A DNA stretch of 64,000 nucleotides, from contig NC_068987.1 in NCBI RefSeq assembly GCF_001194135.2, forward strand, positions 19,541,656-19,605,655, given 5' to 3'. The translations under genes and the position numbers were made by a program. This DNA is from Octopus bimaculoides. Lineage: Eukaryota. The notes beneath the pieces are model-generated. The model did not search any database. It saw nothing but the letters and a program-made list of their open reading frames with translations, and had not been told where the DNA came from. Numbering within the stretch: the first letter of the stretch is position 1; each line of letters begins with the position of its first letter. This document shows, piece after piece, positions 51,417 through 64,000 of the stretch.

Positions 51417-51627
51417 TCCTTTTGTTTCTATATTTCTGCTAAAATACACTGCCTTTGTTTCAATAAATTTTGAAAATAATAAAAATTTATTGAAATAACT
51501 TTGCTGTAATTCAGCTGTTATTATTAGCATGGGATTTTTATGGAAGGTTTTAATTTAGATCACTTTAAAACAAGGAATTTGAGTCACAGAACTAGAAGTT
51601 GTCTTAGGTGGATTAATATCAAAAGAG
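51417..51627. mobile_element. TTAA-flanked MITE family B
   Basis: TTAA at 51413-51416 and 51628-51631. The end ATATCAAAAGAG is the reverse complement of the start of the 15226 copy. Confidence 0.6.
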
Positions 51628-52259
51628 TTAAACTAGTGTTTGGAACACAAGGGAGACTTTTTACATAGAATCCTATGTAAAAAGTATTTATGGTAGTGAA
51701 TTGGCAGAGTTAGCAGAACATCAGATGAAATGCATTTTGGTATATATTTCAGTACCTTGCATTCTCAGTTCAACTCCCACCAAGGTCAACTTCACCTAGC
51801 ATCCTTCTGTGATAGACAAAACTAAGTACTGGTCTAGGGGTAATAGATTAGCAGAAACATCAGAGCATTGGACAGAACACCTAGCAGTATTTGTTCTAAC
51901 TCATCGCATTCTGAGTTCAAATCCTAGCATGGCCTACTTGCAAGGTAGACAATCTGTTGCCTCGTTTAACACCAATACCTGGTAACTCTGGGATGGTTTT
52001 AGCAAAGTCCACTATGTTGTTAACATTCAGACCAAGTTACCAATTTGTGGATAGTTGCCCATCTTCCCACTAATCTCAGAGAGGTCCTGTTAAGGACCAT
52101 AGGCACTGCCTCCCTCCAAACTAAAAGATGGAAAAAAAAAAAAAAAGAATTTAAACATGAATCCTTTAAAAGGGTGCAGAGAGGCTTCATGTAGGTTTGG
52201 TAACAAGTGAGTTAAACAGATGTTAATTAGAACACGTATTAAAAAATTTTTAAACATAC

Positions 52260-52307
52260 CTCTTGCAACCTGTCCTCAATAGCTGTCGACCCTATCAAGT
52301 TAAGGTT
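52260..52307 (-). CDS. ATP8A1: ATP8A exon: NLNLIGSTAIEDRLQE
   Basis: 48 nt, T-rich cag acceptor and GTATGT donor. Matches the LLGATAIEDKLQ motif. Confidence 0.95.
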
Positions 52308-52369
52308 CTGTGAAAAAAAAAAAGGAAACAAATAAGAAACTCATTATTATTATTATTATTATTATTGGG

Positions 52370-52685
52370 TGAGAGAGCAGTGCATGCCATCAAAGTGACA
52401 CTGGGGTAAAATATATACGAAGCCCATTATACCCATCATGACTACCCATCTGATAAGGGTACACCAGGCACATGTATCACAACCATGTGTGCGCGACATG
52501 GCGATCTCATATCAAGATAAACAGCGCATGACCTCGCAGGTGGGGCCCAGTTAGAATTTTCTTCAAGTCGAGTAGCCCATCCCGCTCAAAAGGCCCCTGA
52601 ATAAGGTTTGTTTAAGGATGCTGAGCAAAACACCCATGTTTCCAAAAGTGAATTATTCAAAGCCCAAAGAATTCCTCTCAACACA
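52370..52685. repeat. Interspersed repeat truncated by a gap
   Basis: GC-richer block. Its end (GAATTCCTCTCAACACA) is the reverse complement of a module in the 58815-59300 repeat. Confidence 0.55.
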
Positions 52686-53097
52686 NNNNNNNNNNNNNNN
52701 NNNNNNNNNNNNNNNNNNNNNNNNNNNNNNNNNNNNNNNNNNNNNNNNNNNNNNNNNNNNNNNNNNNNNNNNNNNNNNNNNNNNNNNNNNNNNNNNNNNN
52801 NNNNNNNNNNNNNNNNNNNNNNNNNNNNNNNNNNNNNNNNNNNNNNNNNNNNNNNNNNNNNNNNNNNNNNNNNNNNNNNNNNNNNNNNNNNNNNNNNNNN
52901 NNNNNNNNNNNNNNNNNNNNNNNNNNNNNNNNNNNNNNNNNNNNNNNNNNNNNNNNNNNNNNNNNNNNNNNNNNNNNNNNNNNNNNNNNNNNNNNNNNNN
53001 NNNNNNNNNNNNNNNNNNNNNNNNNNNNNNNNNNNNNNNNNNNNNNNNNNNNNNNNNNNNNNNNNNNNNNNNNNNNNNNNNNNNNNNNNNNNNNNNN

Positions 53098-53241
<144 letters not shown>

Positions 53242-53759
53242 GATGGCAAACTGGCAGAGATGCTAGCATGTTGGACAAAATGCTTAGCAGCATTTCTTCC
53301 GGCTTATCATTCTGATTTCAAATTCTCTGAAGGTCAAGTTTGCCTTTCATAGTTTCAGGGACTGATAAAATAAGTACCAGTCGAACACTGGGGTTGATGT
53401 AATTAACTCATCCCCTCCTGCAAAATTGCTGCCCTTGTGACAAAATTATTATTATTATTATTTCGGCAGCAAGCTGGCAGAACTGTTAGCATGCCAGGCA
53501 AAGTGCTTAGTGGCATTTTGTCCATCTTTACGTTCCGAGGTCACATTCCGCTGAGGTTAACTTTGCCTTTGATCCTTGTAGGGTAAATAATACAAGTACC
53601 AGTTATGTACTGATAACCAAGTGTCATATTTCAAAATTATTATTATTACTACTACTATGATAATAATAATATTTATTTTGAAATAATTCACTTGGCCAGC
53701 AGTTTTGGGGGAGAGGGGGTAAATCATTATTATTATAACTACTACTAGTACTGTGATAG

Positions 53760-54100
53760 TGAAGGTACATGGCTCAGTGGTTAGAGCATCACGCTCCCAG
53801 TAATGAGATAGTGAGTTCGAATCCTGGACCAGGCTGCATGTTGTGTTCTTGAACAAGACACTTTATTCTTTCATGTTGCTCCAGTTCACTCAGCTGTAGA
53901 AAAGAGTTGCGGTGTCACTGGTGCCAAACTGTATTGGCCTTTGCCTTTTCCTTGGATAACATCGGTGGCATGGAGGGAGGAGGCTGGTATGCATGGGCGA
54001 CTGCTGGTTTTCCATAAAACAACCTTGCCTGGACTTGTGCCTTAGAGGGGAACTTTCTAGGTGCAATCCCACGGTTATTCATGACCGAAGGGGGTCTTTT
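53760..54100 (+). mobile_element. tRNA-derived SINE family 5 with RTE-5'UTR-like body
   Basis: Box A TGGCTCAGTGG, box B GTTCGAATCC, then GTGTTCTTGAACAAGACAC and CTGGTGCCAAACTGTATTGG... An inverted homologue lies at about 19820-20135. Confidence 0.8.
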
Positions 54101-54591
54101 AGTACTATGACATAACTTCACTGGCACAAGGTTTCAGAGCTTTGGGCGAAGCAAGAGGGAATATATTTAGACAATAAGTGTACCTTTCTTATTAGCATTA
54201 GTTAATATAAAGTNNNNNNNNNNNNNNNNNNNNNNNNNNNNNNNNNNNNNNNNNNNNNNNNNNNNNNNNNNNNNNNNNNNNNNNNNNNNNNNNNNNNNNN
54301 NNNNNNNNNNNNNNNNNNNNNNNNNNNNNNNNNNNNNNNNNNNNNNNNNNNNNNNNNNNNNNNNNNNNNNNNNNNNNNNNNNNNNNNNNNNNNNNNNNNN
54401 NNNNNNNNNNNNNNNNNNNNNNNNNNNNNNNNNNNNNNNNNNNNNNNNNNNNNNNNNNNNNNNNNNNNNNNNNNNNNNNNNNNNNNNNNNNNNNNNNNNN
54501 NNNNNNNNNNNNNNNNNNNNNAAGGCAAGAAGGAGAGGTGTAAATAATGGATGGGGTGGGGTGGGGGGGAGAAAACCAATTTCTATCTCAC

Positions 54592-54731
54592 CTGTTCAAT
54601 TAATTCAGCTGCCTCACCCAGTCTCTTCTCCCGGTTCTGTATTGTGGTGCTGGCTTTATAATAAGTGTGTTTCCAATCATTGTAGAACTCGGGAGAAACT
54701 TCTGCGGTGGCAATACATAGCGTTCGAAGAC
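54592..54731 (-). CDS. ATP8A1: ATP8A exon: (G)LRTLCIATAEVSPEFYNDWKHTYYKASTTIQNREKRLGEAAELIEQ
   Basis: 140 nt, gtag acceptor and GTGAGA donor. GLRTL motif. Phase 1 in, phase 0 out. Confidence 0.95.
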
Positions 54732-55331
54732 CTACAACACAAAACAACAACAACTTAGGAAAATATTCCAATGATCTCATGTTCCTCTCCAAGACAAGCA
54801 AAACAAAAGAGATCCAGGGCCCATATCCTCATTCATCAGTATCATTTAACTCATTAGCATTCAGATTATTCTGTTAAATGTATCGCTTATTTATTCATAC
54901 CGCTTTAAATTAATCATGCATTATCTCATAGTTTCGAAACTTTGACGGTGTGTTTGTTTAGTTTTAGAATGACATTGTAGGGTAGGTGTAAGAGGCTGAA
55001 TCTTGCCAGTTTGAACATAAAACAGCTGGAATATTTGAGCTGGATGTAGTTGGTTTAAACACAAAAAGATTAACGTCCACTTTTTTATGCTTGCATGAGT
55101 TAGGAGTTTGCTGAGGCGGAGGTTCTACAGCCAGATATCCTTCCTGTAACCAATCCTAACTGGATTCCAAGTAAGGTAAAATTTTCCCCATAACCAGACA
55201 AGCGTTCATGCAAGATTGGAAACTAAGTACACTAGTTTCATGACAGTGACATTTGTTTACAACTATCACACGAAATCAAGGCAAGGAGATAGACAGACAC
55301 AATGGGCTTCTTTCCGTTTCTTATTTCTTAT

Positions 55332-55560
55332 TTCTTTATTGCCCACAAGGGGCTAAACATAGAGGGGACAAACAAGGACAAACAAAGGGATTAAGTCGAT
55401 TACATCGACCCCAGTGCGTAACTGGTACTTAATTTATCGACCCCAAAAGAACGAAAGGAAAAGTCAACCTTGGCGGAATTTGAACTCAGAATGTAATAGC
55501 AGACAAAATACTGCAAAGCATTTCGCCCGGTGGGGTAATGTTTCTGCCAGCTCGCCGCCT
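55332..55560 (-). mobile_element. Young family-1 SINE nested in a family-2 SINE
   Basis: It interrupts ...GGGCTTCTTTCCGTTTC | TTTCAGTTTCTGTACCAAATCCACTCACAAGG..., with an approximate TSD TTTC(C/A)GTTTC. Confidence 0.8.
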
Positions 55561-56917
55561 TTTTTCAGTTTCTGTACCAAATCCACTCACAAGGTATTGG
55601 TTGTCCAGAGTTATCGTAGAAGATGCCAAACAGTGGAATTGAACCTGTGACAATGTAACTGCTTCTTATCACACAGCCACATCTGCACCTCTATACCAAC
55701 TGAAATAAACAGATTCACTGTAGGTTTCAATAAATCAATATTTTAGTTTAAGGCAGTGAGCTGGCAGAATTGTTAGCATGCCGGGCAAAATGCTTAGCAG
55801 CATTTCATCTGTCTTTACATTCTGAGTTCAAATTCGACTGAGGCTAACTCTGCCTTTCATCCTTTCAGGATCGATGAAATAAGTACCAGTTGATCACTAG
55901 GGTGAATGTAATTGACTTTTCCCCTCTCCTGAGAAGTACTGCCCTTGTACCAAAATTTAAAACCAATATTTTAGTTGTTCAGTCAACAGAACTATCAACT
56001 CAATGATGATTATAAGAAAGAATTGTGTACTTAAATGCTGTAGCTGCTAAGCTGTGCGCACATCCATAATTCACTACGTTTTTCCAATTGGTACACGAGA
56101 AATTACAGTGAACACAAATGGTTATTTGCCCAAATTAATGTCATAACTAATAGTTGTACTTACATATTCGATGGCTACAGAAAAATATTTGTACAACAAA
56201 GGGTTTGAGCAAACTGTCTATGAAAGATTAGATGGATCATTGTCCTCAAATAGAAAGAATGAGGGTGTGTGTGTGTGTGTGAAAGAGAGAGAGTGGGGGA
56301 GAAAGGGGTGAGAAAGAACAGGTGGGGGGAGAGAAAAATCTGGCTTTTTGAGCTACAAAGAGTCATCATCATCATCCTCACCACTGTCTTACACCTGTTG
56401 TTGATACTGGCATGGGCTGGATGGAATATAGTGTAGTAGATCTTCTAGGACCAGATGCTCTTCCTGCTGCCAACCTTCATCTGTTACCAAACAAGTTAAT
56501 ATTTCCCCATGTTTTTGTAGTATATTAGAAATGAAAGACACTGCTTGTATGACAGTGGCACTTGTTTACAACTATTATGCAATATCAAGACAAGGTGACA
56601 CAAACACATACACAATTGGCTTCTTTCAGTTTACATCTGTCAAATCCACTCACAAGGTTTTGGTTGGCCTGCAGCTATTGTAGAAACACTTGCCCAAGGT
56701 GCCACGCAGTGGGACTGAACCTGAGACCAAGTGGTTGAAAAACAAACATTTCAACAACACAGCCATGTCAGTGAGTACAATTAATAAATGACACATTTAT
56801 AAACTATCACAATAAGGATGGATGTTTCAGGATCATATTTTGGTAGGAATAACATCTTCCTAAACCTGTACTGAAACATGATGTGGATAGAAAGAAGTAT
56901 TCCAAATTTAACCATAC

Positions 56918-57002
56918 CTGTTGTTGCAAACTCTTCCAGGTGAGTTAAGGTGATTTCTTTATATTGCTGATTATCAGCTAATCTTTCATAGATCACAGTA
57001 TC
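56918..57002 (-). CDS. ATP8A1: ATP8A exon: DTVIYERLADNQQYKEITLTHLEEFATT(G)
   Basis: 85 nt, ctag acceptor and GTATGG donor. Similar to DTVIYDRLAETSKYKEITLKHLEQFATEG. Ends phase 1. Confidence 0.95.
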
Positions 57003-57304
57003 CTAGTGAGACAAAAAAGACAATGGTCAGGATATTAAAACAGCTTGCACCATAACTAATTGATAGTACTGCCATAATGGGTTACTGAAATTAAAGCAGT
57101 GTTTAGCTGGGTTGATTTTGCAATGGGTCAATAATTTGATAATTTGAAAGGGAATATTTCAGCCAGGTGGTTCACTATTGATTTTCATATTATCAAGTGT
57201 GATTTGCATTCCTACAGATGTTTCCACAAAAAGAAAAGAAAAGAAAAAAATAAACCTCACAAGAAAACAACAGAGAACAAACAACATGATCACATTTACT
57301 CCCC

Positions 57305-57515
57305 ACCCCATCTCTCTTTCGGAGAGAGGCACAAGCACATACACAGACATATACACACACGGCAGTAACTTCCGCCTACCAAATTCAATTACAAGGCTTC
57401 GGTCGGCCTGGGGCTATAGCAGAAGACACTTGCCCAAGGTGCCACGCGGTGGGACTGAACCCGAAACCATGTAGATGGGAAGCAAGCTTCCTAACCACAC
57501 AGCCATGCCCGCGCC
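57305..57515 (-). mobile_element. tRNA-derived SINE family 2 (tail variant shared with 13735-13868)
   Basis: Same head and body as 18003. The tail GCTTGTGCCTCTCCGAAAGAGAG is shared with the 13735 copy. Confidence 0.8.
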
Positions 57516-57692
57516 AGTACAATATAGATACATAAAAATGCAAAACCATTGCAAGAGGAATATGTTAGAGAATTAGTAAGAATTCACAATATTGTAAGAG
57601 TATGTTCTTACCACAAAAGATGTTGACTACTGTGTTGAGGGGTGGTGGTGAAATCAGCATTATTAAGAGGATAAGGGGCAATATTTATTATC

Positions 57693-58340
57693 TTATAATT
57701 CATTATCACAAACTTGAGGGGTGAAGAATGTATTCAAAGTTGTTTGTTGTTTATGATGCATCATCTCTTTGTACAGCTCAGTATAGGAATTGAGCTCATT
57801 GTAAACTCCTCTGATAATTTTTATGTTATATTCATGACTATATTTAGCAAAAACCTGCAGACCTTCCTCTATAAGTGCCAACTTTTAGCATTAATTTTTG
57901 CAACCAATTTAAGTGGTGTAGGTGGAACTTCCATTGTCTCATCTGTATTCTCAGCTTGTTCTTTTTCCAGCATCAGTTCCTCATTAGATAAATTTTCTCT
58001 CTGGGACACTAGTAATTCAATCACATCGTCCTCTATGACTTCTTAAAATCCTACATCCTTTGTAAGTATCACAATGTCTTTCCAAATCTAATGTAGACTT
58101 TCTACTTGAGGAAACCTTGTAATGTCATGGATAGAGTCTGGCCATATACTTTGCCAAGTACTATTCAAAGTTGAAGGTTTCACTTCATTCCATGACAACT
58201 ATTTTAACCAGAGCATTCATTATACTTAATTTATCCCAGAAATCTAACTGTAGATTTATTCTCCCTGTCAATTGCTTTCATAAGCTGTTTGAAAGTTCTC
58301 ATATAATATGGAAAATAGTGATGACTATAATTAATGAGTT
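57693..58340 (-). mobile_element. Tigger/pogo DNA transposase fossil (C-terminal part; stops and frameshifts)
   Basis: The minus strand translates to YMRTFKQLMKAIDRENKST..FWDKLSIMNAL..SWNEVKPSTLNSTWQSIWP..DIVILTKDVGF*EVIEDDVIELLVSQRENLSNEELM..LIEEGLQVF..YTELYKEMMHHKQQTTLNTFF. These are typical of the Tigger1/TIGD1 region after the DDE domain. Confidence 0.8.
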
Positions 58341-59356
58341 GAAGGTGGTGAGCTTACAAAATCATTATTGCAATGGACATAATGCTTAGTGCCGTTTCTT
58401 CTAGCTCTTACATTCTGAGTTCACATTCTGCCAAATTTGATTTTGTCTTTCATCCTTTTCAGGCAATAAAACAAGTACCAATCAAGTATCTGGGCTTTGA
58501 TGTAAGCAACTAAACCCCATCCACTAAAACTGCAGGCCCTGTGCTAAAATTTGAAGCCATTATTACTGGTGAGTTGGCAGAGTTATTAGAGCACTGGAAA
58601 AGGTGCTTTGTGGTATTTGCTCTGGTTCTTAATGTTTGGAGTTCAAACCCCACTGCAGTGAACTTTTTTTTTTATCCCTTTGGGAGAAAGAGGATAAAAT
58701 AAAGTACCAGTCATTTATTAGGGATCAGTGGTACCAACTAATACCTTCACCTCAAAATTACTGCCTTTGTACCTAAACCTGAAATTATTATTATTATTAT
58801 AATCATACTAAGTAACAAAATTTTTATTTTTTGCCATCTTTGGTTGGTAAGTGTTATTTTCTATTTGCTTCTATCAAGAAATCAAAGGAAATGACTACTA
58901 TTCTTGTCAAACTCTGCTTTTGTGATCTGGACAGTAATGTTTTGAAACTGACCTCTTTTCCATTACATTTCAGACAAATTTAGCAATGAGTTGCTGAAGC
59001 AGAAATATCGTTATAGCAAATGTTCTGCTCAATACCATAGATTTGCATATCAGTTACTTGATCCTAACCACTTGAGTATATCCCTTAGTGGCTGACAATA
59101 TGTGCATCTCTGATCATGAGCAGGAGTAGTGGGGGAACATCACAGCCATGTGTTGAGAAGGATTCTTAGGGGGTTTGAATAAATGTAACAAAAGCAAAGT
59201 CTGAAAGAAATGTTAGTCATTTTTGATACTTTCTAGGGGTAAGCAGATAGGAAATAACAGTTGCTACCCAAGGACAAAAATTGTGTCACACAGTGTTGTT
59301 GTTATTATTAACATCTTCAAACATCACAAAGAGAATAAAAGAAGAGGCATACTTAC

Positions 59357-59426
59357 GGCTCCTTTACAGAAGAGTTTGATTTTTCCATCAGGGCATCTAA
59401 TAACAACTGACATTCGTTTCCTGACA
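59357..59426 (-). CDS. ATP8A1: ATP8A exon: VRKRMSVVIRCPDGKIKLFCKGA
   Basis: 70 nt, ccag acceptor and GTAAGT donor. Contains the RKRMSV and KGA nucleotide-binding motifs. Confidence 0.95.
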
Positions 59427-60721
59427 CTGGAAATATTGATGAAGGAATAGGAATTGGAAAAGGAGAGTGGGGAAAAGAAGAAAACAAAATTAAAAAATGT
59501 TCAACAAAAAAAACAACAGATAAAAAAGATACACAGAAAAATTACACTTTGCAAAAAATGAAAAAAAAAAAAAAAAAAAAAAAAAAAANNNNNNNNNNNN
59601 NNNNNNNNNNNNNNNNNNNNNNNNNNNNNNNNNNNNNNNNNNNNNNNNNNNNNNNNNNNNNNNNNNNNNNNNNNNNNNNNNNNNNNNNNNNNNNNNNNNN
59701 NNNNNNNNNNNNNNNNNNNNNNNNNNNNNNNNNNNNNNNNNNNNNNNNNNNNNNNNNNNNNNNNNNNNNNNNNNNNNNNNNNNNNNNNNNNNNNNNNNNN
59801 NNNNNNNNNNNNNNNNNNNNNNNNNNNNNNNNNNNNNNNNNNNNNNAAAAAAAAAAAAAAAAAAAAGAAAAAACCACCCCTGCTAAAGACCATTAAAATC
59901 TAATATCTGCAGTGATGTTTGAACTGATGTTTGAGATATGAGTCCAGGAGTATAACTTGCTCAGCTGTTGTTTCTGACAAATTGTCAGAATAAATATTTC
60001 ATACTAGATCACATACTGGGTTCATTGTTCAGGCAATGTTTCTAGTTTCTGCATTTTTACATAAACATCTGTATCAATTTAAATGATCATTTAGGTTCAG
60101 TAAATGATGGTATACGAACAGCTGTGAGACCATCACATCTTTCGTGGGAGGTTGCTATTACTACATAAGTGATACAGCTCAACCAATACATTATCAGTCA
60201 TTATAAGTTTGTGTTCAGTTTTATCTCACTTATTTTTGAGATATTAGGTGCAAGACTACTGTCCACATGCTGACCTCAGTATAGTAACGGTAGTTATACA
60301 AAAGTTATTAGGTTATAGTGAGTTTACTACAGCGATTATACAGTTACATTACTACATTCAGTATGGCTGAATGGTTAAAAAGTTTCTTTGCAACCATGAG
60401 GTCCTAGTTTCGACCGTAGTGTGAGGCATCATGGACAAGTAGAAGACACTTGCCCAAGGCTATAGTAGAAGACACTTGCCCAAGGTGCCATGCAGCGGGA
60501 CTGAACCCGGAACAATGTGGTTGGTAAGCAAACTACTTACCACACAGCCACTCCTGCACCTTATGCTGTAGTTGACTTAGTATATCCATTATTCTATATA
60601 TTATACAATAAAAATTATACTATATAGTCACTTTATTGTAACCATTAAATGTTGGTGAGATATGAAATAAAAAATTGTCAAGATATGAGAGATATACAAT
60701 AGAAGATTATTAATAAAATAC

Positions 60722-60771
60722 CTTGTAAATTCCAGCACATTTAGTACTTCATATACTTCTTTCTTGCCAAA
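60722..60771 (-). CDS. ATP8A1: P4-ATPase ATP8A-type exon (first found in window): FGKKEVYEVLNVLEFT(S)
   Basis: AG acceptor (ct at 60772-60773) and GT donor (ac at 60720-60721). 50 nt. Matches the N-domain segment LGQEERYELLNVLEFTS of ATP8A1. Ends phase 2 and joins the next exon as AG+T = Ser. Confidence 0.92.
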
Positions 60772-61023
60772 CTGGATAATGAAGGAGAGTGGAAATTAAT
60801 TATTGATAGTTTTGTTAGAGAAAAAGAAAGAGAGAGAAATAAGAGAAGAGGGAACAAAAGATAAGAAGCAGGACAATAAAACAGTGAAACATGTAGTGGT
60901 GGCTGAGTTGTTGCCCTTGGTCTTACCGTAAAATATTTAGACCCATAAATATATTATTATCCTCCCCCCACAAAAAAAATTCAGGCCTTGTGCCTATAGT
61001 AGGACGGATTATTATTATCATTA

Positions 61024-61056
<33 letters not shown>

Positions 61057-61675
61057 GGGCTATATAGCATGTTGGACAAATTACTTAGGATTTCATCCAT
61101 CTTTGTGTTCTGAGCTCAGATTCCGTTGAAGTTGACTTTGCCTTTCAGGGTCAATAGAATAAATACCAGTTGAGTACTGGATCAATGTTATCGACTAGCC
61201 TCCTCCCCTAACAAAGTTTTAGGCCTCGTGCCTATAGCAGAGAAGATTGTTATTATTATTATTATTAAGGTGGTGAGCTGGCAGCATGAAATGCTTAGCA
61301 TCATTTCTTCTGGTTTTACATTCCAAGTTCAAATGGCACTGAGGTAGCCTTTGCCTTTCATCCTTTCAGGATTGATAGGCTGGGCACCAGATGAACAGAG
61401 GGGGTCAATGTAATCAACTCCCCTCATTCCCTCAAATCTGCTGGCCTTGTGCCAAAAATTATAATTATTATTATCATTAATAATAATAATAANNNNNNNN
61501 NNGGGGGGGGGGGGTAAGTTGATCACATTGATTCCAGTGCTCAACTAATACTTATTTCATCAACCTCGAAAGGATGAAAAGCAAAGTTGACCTTGGCGGA
61601 ATTTGAACTCAGAACATGAAGATGGACTGAATGTTGCTAAGCATTTTGCCCAGCATGCTAACGATTCTGTCAGCT

Positions 61676-61899
61676 TTCTTTATTGCCCACAAGGGGCTAA
61701 ACACAGAGGGGACAAACAAGGACAGACAAAGGGATTAAGTCGATTAGATCGACCCCAGTGCGTAACTGGTACTTAATTTATCGACCCCGAAAGGATGAAA
61801 GGCGAAGTCGACCTTGGCGGAATTTGAACTCAGAACGTAACGGCAGACGAAATACCGCCAAGCATTTCGCCCGGCGTGCTAATGATTCTGCCAGCTCGC
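61676..61899 (-). mobile_element. Young family-1 SINE subfamily with the alternative tail (CCCTTTGTCTGTCCTTGTTTGTCCCCTCTGTGTTTAGCCCCTTGTGGGC)
   Basis: CpG-rich and closely similar to the copy at 55332-55560. It lies within a second SINE cluster at about 60970-62110. Confidence 0.85.
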
Positions 61900-63825
61900 A
61901 GCATGCTAACAATTCTGTCAGCTTTCTGCCTTAATAATAATAATAATAATAATAATAAGGCAGCATGTTGGCAGTATTTCTTCTGGCTCTTTACATTCTG
62001 AGTTCAAATACCACTGAGTCCAACTTTGCTGTTTATCCTTTCAAGGTCAATAAAATAAGTACCAGTATCCTCCTCCCCTATAAATCGCTGGCTTTGTGCC
62101 AAAATTATTATAATTATTATTGCTATTATTATACAGAATATAAATCATATAAATGCTATACAATTTAAACATGCTTTTACAGATGGAAATAATTCATAAT
62201 TATTTATTATTATTTTCATTATTTCCGGTAAATACAGGGAAAGAACGTTTGACTATATTATTGTTTGGGTGACATTAGCGCTGTCAACGATGGAACTATA
62301 AATTCTTGTACAAACTAGTTCCATCTGTAATGGTGGTGTCTCCAAGTAAGCAATTTTAGTTCTTAATTTAACTCAACTGAATCTAGCAGGTTGATATCCA
62401 TGTTGACACATGAGACTGTAGAGTGCAATATGAAGAACCAGCGTGAAGCTGACCTCATTAAAAAGCTGGTATGTTCAAGTCATGTGGCAATTAAATGAAT
62501 ATCTCCAATGAAATATTAAAGTGACTGAGAGACAAAAACAGAAAGCAGAAAATAGTTTTGTCTGCATGTGACTTCAGTTTTAATTATAACAATAAACAAC
62601 AAGCTTATTGTATGCAGTGCTCAAGTGTACAACTCGTCAGCAAAGGATATAAAAGAAAAAACTGAAAGTAGTCAAGTTTAGAAAGACAGCAATGGAAATC
62701 CAAATTACTGGCATCATACACAATGAAAGACAAAAAGATAGGAAAGGCAGCATGGCCCTGCATCTGGCTGAAAAACTGACACTCTGTTGGTTGTGATGAC
62801 AAGGGTTTCAGTTGATCCGATTAACAGGACAGCTTGCTCGTGAAATTTATGTGCAAGTGGCTGAGCACTCTACAGACATCCATACGTAGTTCTCAGGGAG
62901 ATTCAGTGTGATACAAAATTTAACAAGGATGGCCCTTTGAAATACAGATACTACTCATTTTTGCCAGCCAAATGGACTGGAGCAACGTGAAATAAAGTGT
63001 CTTGCTCAAGGATACAATGGCCCACCAGGAATCAAACTCCTGACTTTACGATTGTGAACAGAATACCCTAACAGTTAAGCCACACGCTTTCTGGCTGAAA
63101 CCTATAATAAAATAATAGAATTAAGAAAGGCATTATGAAGAAAGAGTGCATAAGCCTGTCAGAAGTATTGTAATATGCATGAGTTTGTGTATCTTTTCCC
63201 ACATTGACACTGCTTGGGTAGCAGTGATGTTTATGTCCTACAAAGGCCAAAGGAATATGGTAGCATGATTGAAAAACAAGTAAAGGTTGGTGACAGAAAG
63301 AACATCTGGTTGTAGAATACTGCCTCGTGATATACTGTCCAACCGATACCAGCATGGAAAAATCAGATGTAAAAAAAGGACCTACTGCAGGGGGTTTTGG
63401 AACGTAACACCTGCGGTAGTTGAGGGATTACTCTATTAGAATGTAGATAACAAAAGTAAATTCACATTTTGAATTTGAAAAGAAGTCTTGCATATTTTTA
63501 GTGTTCTGCTTACAGATTGTGTTTGTAATGTGTGTGTGTTAGCTGGTTGATTTCTTCTTTTTTTTGAAAGCCCCCAGCTTATCCATATTGTTACAAAACA
63601 AAGTGCACCAATTGTTATTGGTGTAAATGCGAACTTATTATCTGGATATAAAAGCTGGAACTTTCAAAGCAGTTGTTCATAATTATTCTCTTTCTCTTTG
63701 ATTTTTGGCCAAATATTTACATTAGGTGTTGAGGGACCTCTGTAATGGTACATATTTTTTCTTGTCCATCCCAAACAACAATATCTGGCCTGTTATGTTT
63801 GACTTATATAAACATAAATACCATC

Positions 63826-64000
63826 ATCATCATCGTTTAATGTCCGCTTTCCATGCTAGCATGGGTTGGATGATTTGACTGGAGACTGGCGAACCAGATG
63901 GCTACATCAGACTCCAATCTGATTTGGCAGAGTTTCTACAGCTGGATGCCCTTCCTAACGCCAACCACTCCGAGAGTGTAGTGGGTGCTTTTTATGTGCC
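63826..64000 (-). mobile_element. SINE family 3 (truncated by window end)
   Basis: CATCATCATCGTTTAATGTCCGCTTTCCATGCTAGCATGGGTTGG...GGATGCCCTTCCTAACGCCAACCACTCCGAGAG. Confidence 0.85.

Noticed and set aside
60772-64000. Expected upstream exon (DEGALV..A...F.F..RTP)
   Set aside because: I found no matching frame with splice sites. It probably lies beyond the window end.

Overview
AT-rich, microsatellite-dense animal genomic DNA from a draft assembly with many N gaps. The repeat content resembles an octopus or other coleoid cephalopod; this is an inference from SINE and microsatellite content. The window holds the 3' half of one minus-strand gene, a P4-ATPase phospholipid flippase of the ATP8A1/ATP8A2 type. 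I assembled 20 GT-AG exons by hand from 60771 down to 10408 (1712 nt, about 570 codons) with every intron phase compatible. They run from the N domain through the TGDK and GDGAND motifs and TM5-TM10 into the cytoplasmic tail. The usual terminal exons (LTE..RLLK, GYAFSQ) were not found, and a candidate short terminal exon lies at 1381-1420. The introns contain several tRNA-headed SINE families, RTE-derived elements, TTAA-flanked (piggyBac-type) MITEs, a hAT-type MITE, Tigger/pogo transposase fossils and a 5S rRNA-like copy. The most unusual signals are minimal hammerhead-ribozyme-like motifs: one inside a 68-bp-arm palindrome and one decayed copy nested in a SINE. There is also a head-to-head inverted pair of tRNA-Thr-like elements. 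Nearly all long ORFs in the supplied track are artefacts of microsatellites or N gaps. There is no CRISPR array or prokaryotic system here.
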